From Polyangiaceae bacterium (GTDB lineage Bacteria; Myxococcota_A; Polyangia; Polyangiales; Polyangiaceae), in the NCBI GenBank assembly GCA_033763455.1, contig JANRKO010000007.1:25072-89071 (forward strand): a stretch of DNA of 64,000 nucleotides. Direction: 5' to 3'. Each line of letters begins with the position of its first letter. The first letter of the stretch is position 1. The notes beneath the pieces are model-generated. The model was given only the letters and a program-made list of their open reading frames with translations. It did no database searches and was not told the DNA's origin. This document shows, piece by piece, positions 48,969-57,513 of this stretch. The translations under genes and the position numbers were made by a program.

Positions 48969-50087
48969 TCAGCTCTGGCCAAGCGCAGAATAAAGTTCGA
49001 GGTAGCGCTCAATCATGCTATCGGCGGAGTAGCGCCTCAGCGCGAACTCGCGGGCGCGCACGCCGAGCTCCCGCTTGAGCGTGGGCGTTTCGGCGAGGCG
49101 CGCAACACGCTCTCGAAGCTTCTGCTCATCTCCCTTAGGAACCAAGAATCCCGTCCGGCCGTCTGTTACCACGTCTGGAATTCCACCTACGGCTGTCGTC
49201 ACTATCGGGAGCTCACAGGCCATGGCTTCTGGCAGAACCATGGGGAGCCCTTCGCTGTCCGAAGACAGCGCAAAGATATCGAATGAAGGTAGCAACCTGG
49301 GCACATCGAGCCGCTGCCCAAGCAGGTGGATCCATTCGCTCTTGCCCGAGTGCGCCACCGCAGCTTCGACGTCAGGGCGATCCGGACCGTCGCCCACCAA
49401 GACCAAGCGAACCTGTGCGTTCAGCAGAGGCGCCACCGCGCGCACGAGCAGGGGTTGGTTCTTGACGGCGCTCAACCTGCCGACTGTGCCGACTACCAAC
49501 GCACTTTCCGGAATACCAAGCTCACGCCGCACCTCGGCGCGTAAGGCCGGATTTGGTCCGTACTTTTCCAGGTGAATACCATTCTCGATCACACTCAGGG
49601 CACCAGGGCGGCACTCACGCCCCTCGCGCGCGTCGTCGGCAGTCTGGGTTGAAACCGCCACGAACGCCTGCGCCAGCCAGCCGGGCCACTTTCGAAGCCA
49701 CACTTGCCGGGCTGGCGCAGCGTTGAACCCGTGTTTGGTATGGACGAGCCGAGTACCGCTTAGGCGCGCTGCTGGCCCCCCATAAATCAATGGCTGCGGA
49801 TTGTGGGTGTGCACCACATCGGCATTCAAGCTGCGAAACAAGCGTGCCAGGCGCAGTACCAAGCTTGGGTCGATGGTCGGGCCGAGCTTGGGTACCGAGT
49901 GGGTAGTTACATGCGCGGCGGCGAAATGACGGGCGTGCGGCCCATCCGGACCTGCCGCGAGCGACACGACGTGAACGTGATGCCCTCGCTCTACTTGGCC
50001 AGCGGCAAGGTTGAGCGCCACCTGTTCTCCGCCTCCAACTTCGAACGAACCGAGTACGTGGACCACGGCAAGAGGCGTGTTGGACAT
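48969..50087 (-). CDS. GT4 glycosyltransferase
   Basis: GGGEQ, VGRL..KNQ, SSDSEGLPMVLPEAMA. Confidence 0.92.
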   Translation of the reverse strand: MSNTPLAVVHVLGSFEVGGGEQVALNLAAGQVERGHHVHVVSLAAGPDGPHARHFAAAHVTTHSVPKLGPTIDPSLVLRLARLFRSLNADVVHTHNPQPLIYGGPAARLSGTRLVHTKHGFNAAPARQVWLRKWPGWLAQAFVAVSTQTADDAREGRECRPGALSVIENGIHLEKYGPNPALRAEVRRELGIPESALVVGTVGRLSAVKNQPLLVRAVAPLLNAQVRLVLVGDGPDRPDVEAAVAHSGKSEWIHLLGQRLDVPRLLPSFDIFALSSDSEGLPMVLPEAMACELPIVTTAVGGIPDVVTDGRTGFLVPKGDEQKLRERVARLAETPTLKRELGVRAREFALRRYSADSMIERYLELYSALGQS

Positions 50088-50202
50088 TGCGGGGGCGGAC
50101 CGTAGCACAAGCGCCGCGGGCTGGTCGATCCACCTGGTGGGGCGAAATCCAGTCAGTGCGGCCCGATTGGACCTCGGGCTCTCCCTTTGCTACCGCGACA
50201 CC

Positions 50203-51396
50203 ATGCGAGTTCTGGTGATGACCAAGATATTTCCGAATCAGCGCCAACCCGGGCTGGCGCCGTTTCTACGCCGCCAGTGCGGCGCGTTGGCCAAGCAATG
50301 TCACCTCGACGTACTCGGAACGATTCCTTGGTTTCCCGGAGCCAAACTTTTCAAGAGCTTCACTCGGGGTGGCGTTGATTTGAGCACGGTACCCGAATGG
50401 GAAGACATCGATGGGCTCCGCGTCCGCCACCCGCGTTTCGCCTACGTACCAGGCGCTTACCTACCTTCGGCAGCCCTCTACGCAGCGTCGTTATGGCCGG
50501 TCGTGCGACGTTATCGCGGGAACATCGACGTGATATTGGCAACCTGGGCTTACCCCGATGGTGTTGCCGCTTGGATGCTCGCGAAAATGCTCGATGTACC
50601 GTTGGTCGTACAGGTGATCGGGTCGGACATCGACGTGGTGTCGAAGCAGTTGAGCGCTCGGGTTCAGCTCAAGTGGGCCATGCCCCGCGCGCACGGCGTC
50701 ATCGCTGTGAGCCGAGAGTTGGCTCAACGCTGTATTGACCTGGGAGCGCAACCCGAGGCCACGCATGTCATTTGCACAGGCGTCGATAGGGAGCTTTTTC
50801 GCCCTGCAGATCGGAGTGAAGCCAAGCGAGCTCTTGGTCAACCGGAAGATGTGCGACTGTTGCTCTTCGTGGGCCGCTTGTGTGTGGACAAAGGCCTGCG
50901 CGAGCTCGTTGCTGCATTCAAACAAGCGTGGGCTCAAGACCGTTCGTTGCGACTGGTGATCATCGGTGACGGCCCCCTCTTGCGGGAGCTCCAAGAAGAA
51001 GCGCGCGCACTTTCGGGCAACATGCTGGTTCAGGGAGCCTTGCCATCGACACAGATCGCCAGGTGGTTGGCCGCAAGCCAGCTGTTGGCGCTTCCCAGTC
51101 ACCATGAAGGCACACCTAATGTAGTGCTTGAGGCGTTGAGCGCCGGCCGCCCTGTGGTGGCGACCCGAGTCGGGGGCATTCCGGACCTGATTGGCGAACC
51201 GAACCGTGGTGAACTGGTAGCTGTAAGAGACACCGAAGGGCTCGCCCAGGCGTTAGCTCGCGTGGCGTACCTAGAACCAAACGCGGACGCCTTGGCTGCA
51301 GCCCCGGAGCTTTACGACTGGGACGAAAACGCTCGCCGCATGATCACAGTCCTAAGAGGCGCTTGCGCAAAGACCAAGCCAGGCGACCACGTCTGA
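50203..51396 (+). CDS. GT4 glycosyltransferase (TuaC-like)
   Basis: IFPN, WAYPDG, GSDI, VGRL..KG, EGTPNVVLEAL. Confidence 0.92.
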   Translation: MRVLVMTKIFPNQRQPGLAPFLRRQCGALAKQCHLDVLGTIPWFPGAKLFKSFTRGGVDLSTVPEWEDIDGLRVRHPRFAYVPGAYLPSAALYAASLWPVVRRYRGNIDVILATWAYPDGVAAWMLAKMLDVPLVVQVIGSDIDVVSKQLSARVQLKWAMPRAHGVIAVSRELAQRCIDLGAQPEATHVICTGVDRELFRPADRSEAKRALGQPEDVRLLLFVGRLCVDKGLRELVAAFKQAWAQDRSLRLVIIGDGPLLRELQEEARALSGNMLVQGALPSTQIARWLAASQLLALPSHHEGTPNVVLEALSAGRPVVATRVGGIPDLIGEPNRGELVAVRDTEGLAQALARVAYLEPNADALAAAPELYDWDENARRMITVLRGACAKTKPGDHV

Positions 51397-51420
51397 ACGG
51401 ATGACAGAATCCCAGGCGAG

Positions 51421-51927
51421 CTAAAGCACCCGCGCGGGGATACCCACCACCGTTGCGCCGTCGGGCACATCTTTTACAACTACAGCGTTGGCTCCAATGC
51501 GCACGTTGTTGCCAACCTTTACGGGCCCCAGAATCTTGGCGCCAGCCCCGATAAACACGTCATCACCGAGAGTGGGAACTTGAACTGGTAGCCCGTTGCG
51601 AGCGGCCCCAATTACCACGCCGCTTTCGACCACCACGTTGCGCCCACCCCGCACTCCGCTATTGATGATGACGCCGTGGGGATGCATGAGCACGAAGCCT
51701 TCGCCAAACTCCGCATTCCGCCCTATCAGGCAGCCATTTTTAAGCTTGCTAAACTCCGAGCAAACCACCGCCGCTGGCCCCAGATGGACCTCGCGCAGCT
51801 TCTGAGCCACTCGGTAGAGCACGTTAGCGCTCGTGCCGTCCGAAAGCGCCACTTTGAGCAGACCCTTCGGGGTTACCTCACCGTAGTAGCAGCGGCACTT
51901 CGTTTTCAGATCTTCCAGCAGCCTCAC
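51421..51927 (-). CDS. Hexapeptide O-acetyltransferase (WcaB/CysE-like)
   Basis: HPHGVII, PTLGDDVFIGAGAKILG, GANAVVVKDVP..VVGIPAR; GTGA overlap with upstream GT. Confidence 0.9.
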   Translation of the reverse strand: MRLLEDLKTKCRCYYGEVTPKGLLKVALSDGTSANVLYRVAQKLREVHLGPAAVVCSEFSKLKNGCLIGRNAEFGEGFVLMHPHGVIINSGVRGGRNVVVESGVVIGAARNGLPVQVPTLGDDVFIGAGAKILGPVKVGNNVRIGANAVVVKDVPDGATVVGIPARVL

Positions 51928-53096
51928 TTGGAAATTCCCTGGTAGATGTTCAGCACGCGTTCGGCGACATGCCGCCACAGGTGTTTGGCCAGTACCTTCT
52001 CGCGACCTTTCTGACCCATCCGCCGGCGTAACTCCGGGTCCTTCAACAAGCGGTCAAGGTGCGCTGCAAGTTCTTGGCGATCGTCCGGCGCGAAAATCAG
52101 CCCTTCGCTTTCTGGCTCAAGGACGCTTCGGATAGGAGGGTAGAATGGGGCCACCACTGGCTTGCCCATGGCCATGTATTCAAAGAGCTTGATGGGCGAG
52201 CGGTACGCGTTGGAGCCTGGGATCACGCAAATATCCATGGCTGCCACGAAATCCGGCATTTGGCTGTAAGGTACCGCGCCTGGGAAAACCAGCTGTTGGT
52301 CGATACCAAGCTGCACGGCTTGCTCCAGGAGCGCTTCCTTCAGGGCTCCGTCGCCGACCAAACAAAGCCTAGCATCTTGGCCCCGCGCGACGTCCGCGAA
52401 TGCATTCAACAGCAGCTCCAGGTTGTGCCACGGCACAAACCAACCCACGAAGCCCACCACCACGGTCGACGGTGCGATTCCCAAGCGGCCTCGAACGTCG
52501 ACCCGCTCGCGAGTCGGATCGAAGAGTGTTTCGTCCACTCCATTCGGTACGACGTGGATCTTCGCGGCGGGTACTCCCAGATTCGTGATGCGTTCCTTCA
52601 GAAACTCACTCACAACGATGATCGCGTCAGCCTGGCGAAAAACGTACGCTTCGATTTTCTGAGCGGGCCCTACCAAAATCTGATCGCGTACCCGAGCCTC
52701 ACCAGCCACCTCATTGACTTCAACCATGTACGGAGTACGCGTCTTTTTCGCTAGAAAGGCACCCGCACCGAGGAAGAAGGCGTGTCGCTCGTAAAGGAAG
52801 CTCGGGCGCCGACGCAGCTTACCTCCCAGCCGAAAAAGCGCAGGGAGATTGTAGCCAAGCTCCAGGCACTCGAACGCCCACTGGGGTGCCGCGCGACTCA
52901 CGCGCCTCAGCACACGACGCTTGAGGCCGCTCGGTTTTCCGAAAGGATTGCTTCCCGCCGTGTCGCCCGGCTCTTGCTCGTTCGGACTCACCACTTCAAC
53001 CGAATGGCCTTGGCCGCGGAGCCCCTTGATGACGTAGGCCACGTGCACCCCTTCGGCGCCAGTGCCCTGAGTTCGATGGTGGTAAAGAATGTTCAT
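51924..53096 (-). CDS. GT4 glycosyltransferase
   Basis: YERH, EVNE, GFVGWFVPWH, SPIKLFEYMAMGKPVV. Confidence 0.92.
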   Translation of the reverse strand: MNILYHHRTQGTGAEGVHVAYVIKGLRGQGHSVEVVSPNEQEPGDTAGSNPFGKPSGLKRRVLRRVSRAAPQWAFECLELGYNLPALFRLGGKLRRRPSFLYERHAFFLGAGAFLAKKTRTPYMVEVNEVAGEARVRDQILVGPAQKIEAYVFRQADAIIVVSEFLKERITNLGVPAAKIHVVPNGVDETLFDPTRERVDVRGRLGIAPSTVVVGFVGWFVPWHNLELLLNAFADVARGQDARLCLVGDGALKEALLEQAVQLGIDQQLVFPGAVPYSQMPDFVAAMDICVIPGSNAYRSPIKLFEYMAMGKPVVAPFYPPIRSVLEPESEGLIFAPDDRQELAAHLDRLLKDPELRRRMGQKGREKVLAKHLWRHVAERVLNIYQGISK

Positions 53097-54208
53097 GGGT
53101 GTGTTCTGCGGATAGGAGGGGGGCCTAGCACGTAATCGCGATATGGATTCGGGTCTCCCGATTTTCCAGCCATAGCTGCCTTGGCCAAGTTGAACATCTC
53201 GCGTGCCGTAACGTAATGGAGCTTAGCATTGCCGAGCGCCGCGACTTCAGCGCAGAGGGCGCGATGGAGTTGCAGGCCACCTTCGCCAAGCAGCGAAGCA
53301 GCCTGGGCTTCGGGTGCCCCATGTGTGTGAACCTTGATGAAGACCCACTCCGGGCACCCGGCAACGTGAATGTTGCTCGCTAGCCAGGCTCGAACGCGTG
53401 CTCTACTCCCCGGATCTTTCGCTGTGATGGCCCCGTACTCCAGCCGCGGGGACCAGCCATTTTCACGCAGAGAGAGGCCAAGGGGCCCCGTCAACATCAA
53501 GATGCGGTCTTCGTAGCTATGGCCCACAGCGGCACGTTCACCGTGCTCGTAAGCACGGCGGCGAGACACATCTCCCACGGGCCAGTAAATTTCGTTCACC
53601 CGGTTCGGCTGGGACACATCCGGCACGGCCGGGAAAGTGAAGTCCGCGTAGCAGCCCGTCTCGAACAAGACACTGAGCTCGCTATCCACTCCACACCAGC
53701 GCCCATCAGGGCGGGCGTTAGCAAGCGCCCAATTCCCATGAATAAAGGCGTAGCGCAGCTGTCCCCGTGGGCCACGGGCGAGATGCCCACGCTCAGCATA
53801 AGTCGCAAGGTAATTCTCAATTTCGCGACGCGCGCTGTGCTCGGTTGCACCATCATGATGGAGATGAAGCTCCACCTCACCCAACCCGCTTCGAATCAAG
53901 GGCTCCAGTGCATCGAAAAACTCAGGGCGGTACTCTTCTCCTGGAAAGAAGAAAGTGTGTTGTGGAGGCCGTCCGTCAGCGTCGGAGAAATTCTCAGCGA
54001 GCGCACGATAGCCGGTTTCCCAGGCATGCACTCTTTCCAACGCGGTGCGGTGCGACGGGTGTCCCCAAAGCGGTTCAAAATGATCGCAGAATGCGAACAG
54101 CACGTGCCGAGTACCGACAGCCCGCGGTTCCACTGTTCGACGCAGCTGATGCCGAACGTAGCCGCCCAGCCAGCGATCGAAGTGCTTGCTCTGAAGCTTG
54201 CCAAGCAT
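53093..54208 (-). CDS. Uncharacterised metal-dependent deacetylase-like (beta/alpha-barrel) protein
   Basis: CDHFEP, ELHLHHD, FIHGNWAL, KVHTHGA, YVTAREM; coupled to GT4 by ATGA overlap. Confidence 0.6.
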   Translation of the reverse strand: MLGKLQSKHFDRWLGGYVRHQLRRTVEPRAVGTRHVLFAFCDHFEPLWGHPSHRTALERVHAWETGYRALAENFSDADGRPPQHTFFFPGEEYRPEFFDALEPLIRSGLGEVELHLHHDGATEHSARREIENYLATYAERGHLARGPRGQLRYAFIHGNWALANARPDGRWCGVDSELSVLFETGCYADFTFPAVPDVSQPNRVNEIYWPVGDVSRRRAYEHGERAAVGHSYEDRILMLTGPLGLSLRENGWSPRLEYGAITAKDPGSRARVRAWLASNIHVAGCPEWVFIKVHTHGAPEAQAASLLGEGGLQLHRALCAEVAALGNAKLHYVTAREMFNLAKAAMAGKSGDPNPYRDYVLGPPPIRRTHP

Positions 54209-54374
54209 AGGCGTGGCTCCTTACCACGGGGGCCTCTACTTGTGGCCTTTGACCGGCTCGGGCCCTCAGGCTGAACTCTATTCGAGGCGGGTGCTGTCGT
54301 GCAGTTTGGTCAAACTCATTTCACGAACGCACCGGGCGTGGTACGTATCCCGGCGTTCCGTTGTCTGTGTAAGC

Positions 54375-55097
54375 ATGCCGCCATTCAGTGTTCGCCTCAG
54401 CAAGCGGGTGTTAGATCTTGCGATCTCGTCGGTGGGCCTGTGCCTCACGGCGCCTTTGTTCCCGGTGGTGGCCCTGGCGATTCGACTCGATTCGCCAGGG
54501 CCGGTCTTTTACCGGCAACGGAGGGCCAAAGCCCTGGACGGAATGCAAGACGGCATTCCGAAGGTAAAAGAGTTCTGGATCATCAAATTTCGCACCATGC
54601 GGACAGACGCGGAAAAGGCCACCGGCGCTGTACTCGCTAGCAAAGACGATGATCGCGTCACGCGCGTGGGACGCTTCCTACGGAAGACTCGTATCGACGA
54701 AATACCTCAGTTCTTAAACGTCTTGAGCGGCGAGATGAGCCTTATAGGGCCACGCCCAGAACGCCCTGAGATCCTGGCGGATCTGGCGATGGCTATACCG
54801 TTTTTCGAGGAGCGTTTGAGAGACGTGAAGCCGGGGCTCACGGGGCTTGCCCAGGTGGAGCTTGAGTACACGGGCGCCATCCCTGAAAACAGCGTTCTTA
54901 GTATGTTCAAAAAGGACCTACAGAACCCGTACGGCCTGGATCGCGCAGAGGGTGCCTTGGCGGACGACATGAGGGCCAAGCTTCTCTACGATCTCGCGTA
55001 CAGCGCCTCGCTCGAGCGGTTTTCGACTTTCGCAAGCACGGAGCTCAGGATTCTCGTGAAAACGCCGCTCATCATGCTCCGCGCCTCAGGCCATTGA
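54375..55097 (+). CDS. Priming sugar-1-phosphate transferase (small PHPT)
   Basis: KRVLD, SPGPVFYRQ, KFRTM, RIDEIPQ, GEMSLIGPRPE, KPGLTGLAQ. Confidence 0.95.
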   Translation: MPPFSVRLSKRVLDLAISSVGLCLTAPLFPVVALAIRLDSPGPVFYRQRRAKALDGMQDGIPKVKEFWIIKFRTMRTDAEKATGAVLASKDDDRVTRVGRFLRKTRIDEIPQFLNVLSGEMSLIGPRPERPEILADLAMAIPFFEERLRDVKPGLTGLAQVELEYTGAIPENSVLSMFKKDLQNPYGLDRAEGALADDMRAKLLYDLAYSASLERFSTFASTELRILVKTPLIMLRASGH

Positions 55098-55744
55098 TTG
55101 TGAGAGTGTTCGCGGCACTTGCGGCAAAGTCGAACCGGGCTAGGCTCGCCGTCGTGTCGAGATCTTGTTGGGTTTGGTTGCTGCTCGTGGGGGTCATGGG
55201 ATGCCAATCGGCGGCGTCATTTCCGCACAGCCGCGAACCGGATCCGAGGCAAGCCGAATACGTCATTGCTGTTCCTGATCAGCTCCGCGTCCGGGTTTGG
55301 GCGAACCAAGAGCTCAATGCCGAGCTCCAAGTGCGCCCCGACGGCCTCATCACGCTCCCGCTCATCGGCGACGTGCGCGCCGCAGGGATGACGCCAACGC
55401 AGCTGAAGAACGAAATCACCAAGCGACTGTCGGCGTTCATCAAAGCGGACGCTACAACCGTGACCATTGAGGTAGCTCAGATCCGCAGTTATCGAATCGT
55501 CGTGAGCGGCAACGTGAACCGCCCCGGGGTCGTGGATGAATCCCGTTTTCTCACGGTTGGGGAAGCTATTGCGCTGGCGGGAGGGCCCAGTCGGTTCGCA
55601 AGTCCTGAGGACACCGAAGTCATCAGGACGCGGGCGAACGGGAGTGTGGTGCGCATACCCGTTCGCTACGATCTGATCATGAAGGGGCACGCTCTGGAGC
55701 AGGACTTGGTCCTTCTCCGGGGAGACCTGATATACGTCCCCTGA
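55094..55744 (+). CDS. Short OPX (Wza-like) polysaccharide export lipoprotein
   Basis: Lipobox VMGC; VRPDGLITLPLIGDV (Poly_export) plus one SLBB; ends GDLIYVP. Confidence 0.92.
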   Translation: MIVRVFAALAAKSNRARLAVVSRSCWVWLLLVGVMGCQSAASFPHSREPDPRQAEYVIAVPDQLRVRVWANQELNAELQVRPDGLITLPLIGDVRAAGMTPTQLKNEITKRLSAFIKADATTVTIEVAQIRSYRIVVSGNVNRPGVVDESRFLTVGEAIALAGGPSRFASPEDTEVIRTRANGSVVRIPVRYDLIMKGHALEQDLVLLRGDLIYVP

Positions 55745-55794
55745 CCCCGGGTGAGCACATGAATGGGCGCATTCGGGGCGGGATTTCTGAGTGA

Positions 55795-57504
55795 ATGGCG
55801 CAAGCACCACCGATGGATGAAGAAGGGACGCTTCGGGGCCAACTGAGCTTGGGCGACGTCCTCTGTCCGCTAATGATTGGCGGGCGCAGCTGCATGGTGC
55901 GCGTGGAGGAGGGGACAGGCTTTGGCCTGATTTGGCTGAGAGAAGGGCTGCTTGTGGAAGCCCGCTTGGGCGACATGGTAGGGGAGCGCGCCTTGTTCAC
56001 CCTGCTGGCCCTGAGCTCGGGTCGCTACTGGGTTCAGGTCGGGGAGGTCGACGTCCCGGCCCGCTTCCTGGATGGGGGTCTTGGTGCCCTGGAGAGGATA
56101 CTTATCGACGTGCCGGAATGGGTGCGGCTATGTCGGGTGCTGCCGCCAGGTCGCAGCACGCTGGCCGTTTCGCGTTCAGCCCTTGAACGCACCGGCGGGC
56201 GGCTGACCCCACAGGAGCTACCACTTCTCAAAGCGATCCACGAAGGGTACCGAATCGAACAACTCAGCTTGCGCTCGGGCCTTCCCGAAATGGTTGTACT
56301 CCGCCGCTTGCTCAACTTGTTTCGGCTGGAGGTCATCAGCGTCATCGACGAAATGGTGTCAGCGCGCCATACACCGCAAACTCCCCCAGGCGCCGCACTC
56401 GAACGCCCAATTTCCTCCTATCCGCCGCCTGTCGCTGTGGAGAAGCCGAGCGTGGGCTACGCCCTCAAGACCGAAGATGTAACGGAGGCGGTGACGATTG
56501 CTGGGCCCTCAAGGCCCGCCAAGCCGATAAGTTCCAGGCCGCCCAAGTCGATAAGTTCCAGGCCGCCCAAGTCGATAATTTCAAATCCTCCCGGGCTGCA
56601 GAGCCCGCTTCCTCCCGCAACCGCAACGCCTCCCCCTGGGACGGCGCGAAGTGAAACACCCCCTGCGCTCTTCGCTGTCCACGCGCCCCACATTGAGCGC
56701 GCCCCGAAGGTGCCCGCAGATCTGCTGCCAACCGGCGCGTACTCTGCCTGGTCTGACTCCCCCTTGCCTCCCCCGCGGGTGGCACCGACAGAAGCTCACC
56801 TGCAGACACCCGAAAATCTCGAACCCGAAAATCTTCACACACCCGGGCTAACGCCTCCAATCGTGAGGCCCGAGATAGCTCCGAGCGTGTCAGTAAAAGC
56901 GGGGCCGGCCCCGTCTTTGCCATTCGCTGAACACCAGATGGGGGCCAGCAAGGTCTTCGCGAGCCTGCCTCATGCTGCACGGCTCAATCCGACGAGAACC
57001 ATCAGTTCAGTGCCCGTCGTGGTTGCGAACAAATGGGTTTACCGGGGGACGGGCATTGGATCGTTTGTTGTTGCCGTTGTTGTGGGCGCGGGGCTTTGGT
57101 TCGCTGGGCAACGGCCACTGGTGGCTCTTGCATTGATTCCACTGATAATCGGCGGCAGCCTCCAGGTTCAGCTCATCTTCAAGATGTGGCTGGCTATCCA
57201 GGACGGAAGGGCCGAGGTTAGCCCCCGTCGGGCAGTCGCTCTACTTTTCGTGCCTATTTTCGGTTTGTATTGGTTTCTACGTGTAGTGCCCGGCTACGCC
57301 AGCGCCTTCAATACCTTCGTCGAACGCCACCAGATATCGACGCCGCGCCTATCCAAGCACCTCATCTTGGCCGCGATCTTCGTGCCGCTCGCCGGCCTCG
57401 TTGCCTACTGGATGGTCATCGGTCAAATCTGCGACGGCATTGCCGCCATCGCCGCGCACATCAACAAGCGGCGCTCCGAGCCTCCCGCAGCGCAGAAACG
57501 CTAA
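55795..57504 (+). CDS. DUF4388-like domain, Pro-rich linker and C-terminal multi-TM domain
   Basis: LRGQLSLGDVL..GLIWLREG..ARLG..GERAL; C-terminal LLFVPIFGLYW. Confidence 0.7.
   Translation: MAQAPPMDEEGTLRGQLSLGDVLCPLMIGGRSCMVRVEEGTGFGLIWLREGLLVEARLGDMVGERALFTLLALSSGRYWVQVGEVDVPARFLDGGLGALERILIDVPEWVRLCRVLPPGRSTLAVSRSALERTGGRLTPQELPLLKAIHEGYRIEQLSLRSGLPEMVVLRRLLNLFRLEVISVIDEMVSARHTPQTPPGAALERPISSYPPPVAVEKPSVGYALKTEDVTEAVTIAGPSRPAKPISSRPPKSISSRPPKSIISNPPGLQSPLPPATATPPPGTARSETPPALFAVHAPHIERAPKVPADLLPTGAYSAWSDSPLPPPRVAPTEAHLQTPENLEPENLHTPGLTPPIVRPEIAPSVSVKAGPAPSLPFAEHQMGASKVFASLPHAARLNPTRTISSVPVVVANKWVYRGTGIGSFVVAVVVGAGLWFAGQRPLVALALIPLIIGGSLQVQLIFKMWLAIQDGRAEVSPRRAVALLFVPIFGLYWFLRVVPGYASAFNTFVERHQISTPRLSKHLILAAIFVPLAGLVAYWMVIGQICDGIAAIAAHINKRRSEPPAAQKR
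56521..56592 (+). repeat. 3 x 24-bp coding tandem repeat (K(P/S)ISSRPP)
   Basis: Units at 56521, 56545, 56569 (third degenerate). Confidence 0.85.
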
Positions 57505-57513
57505 GTGCGCGCC

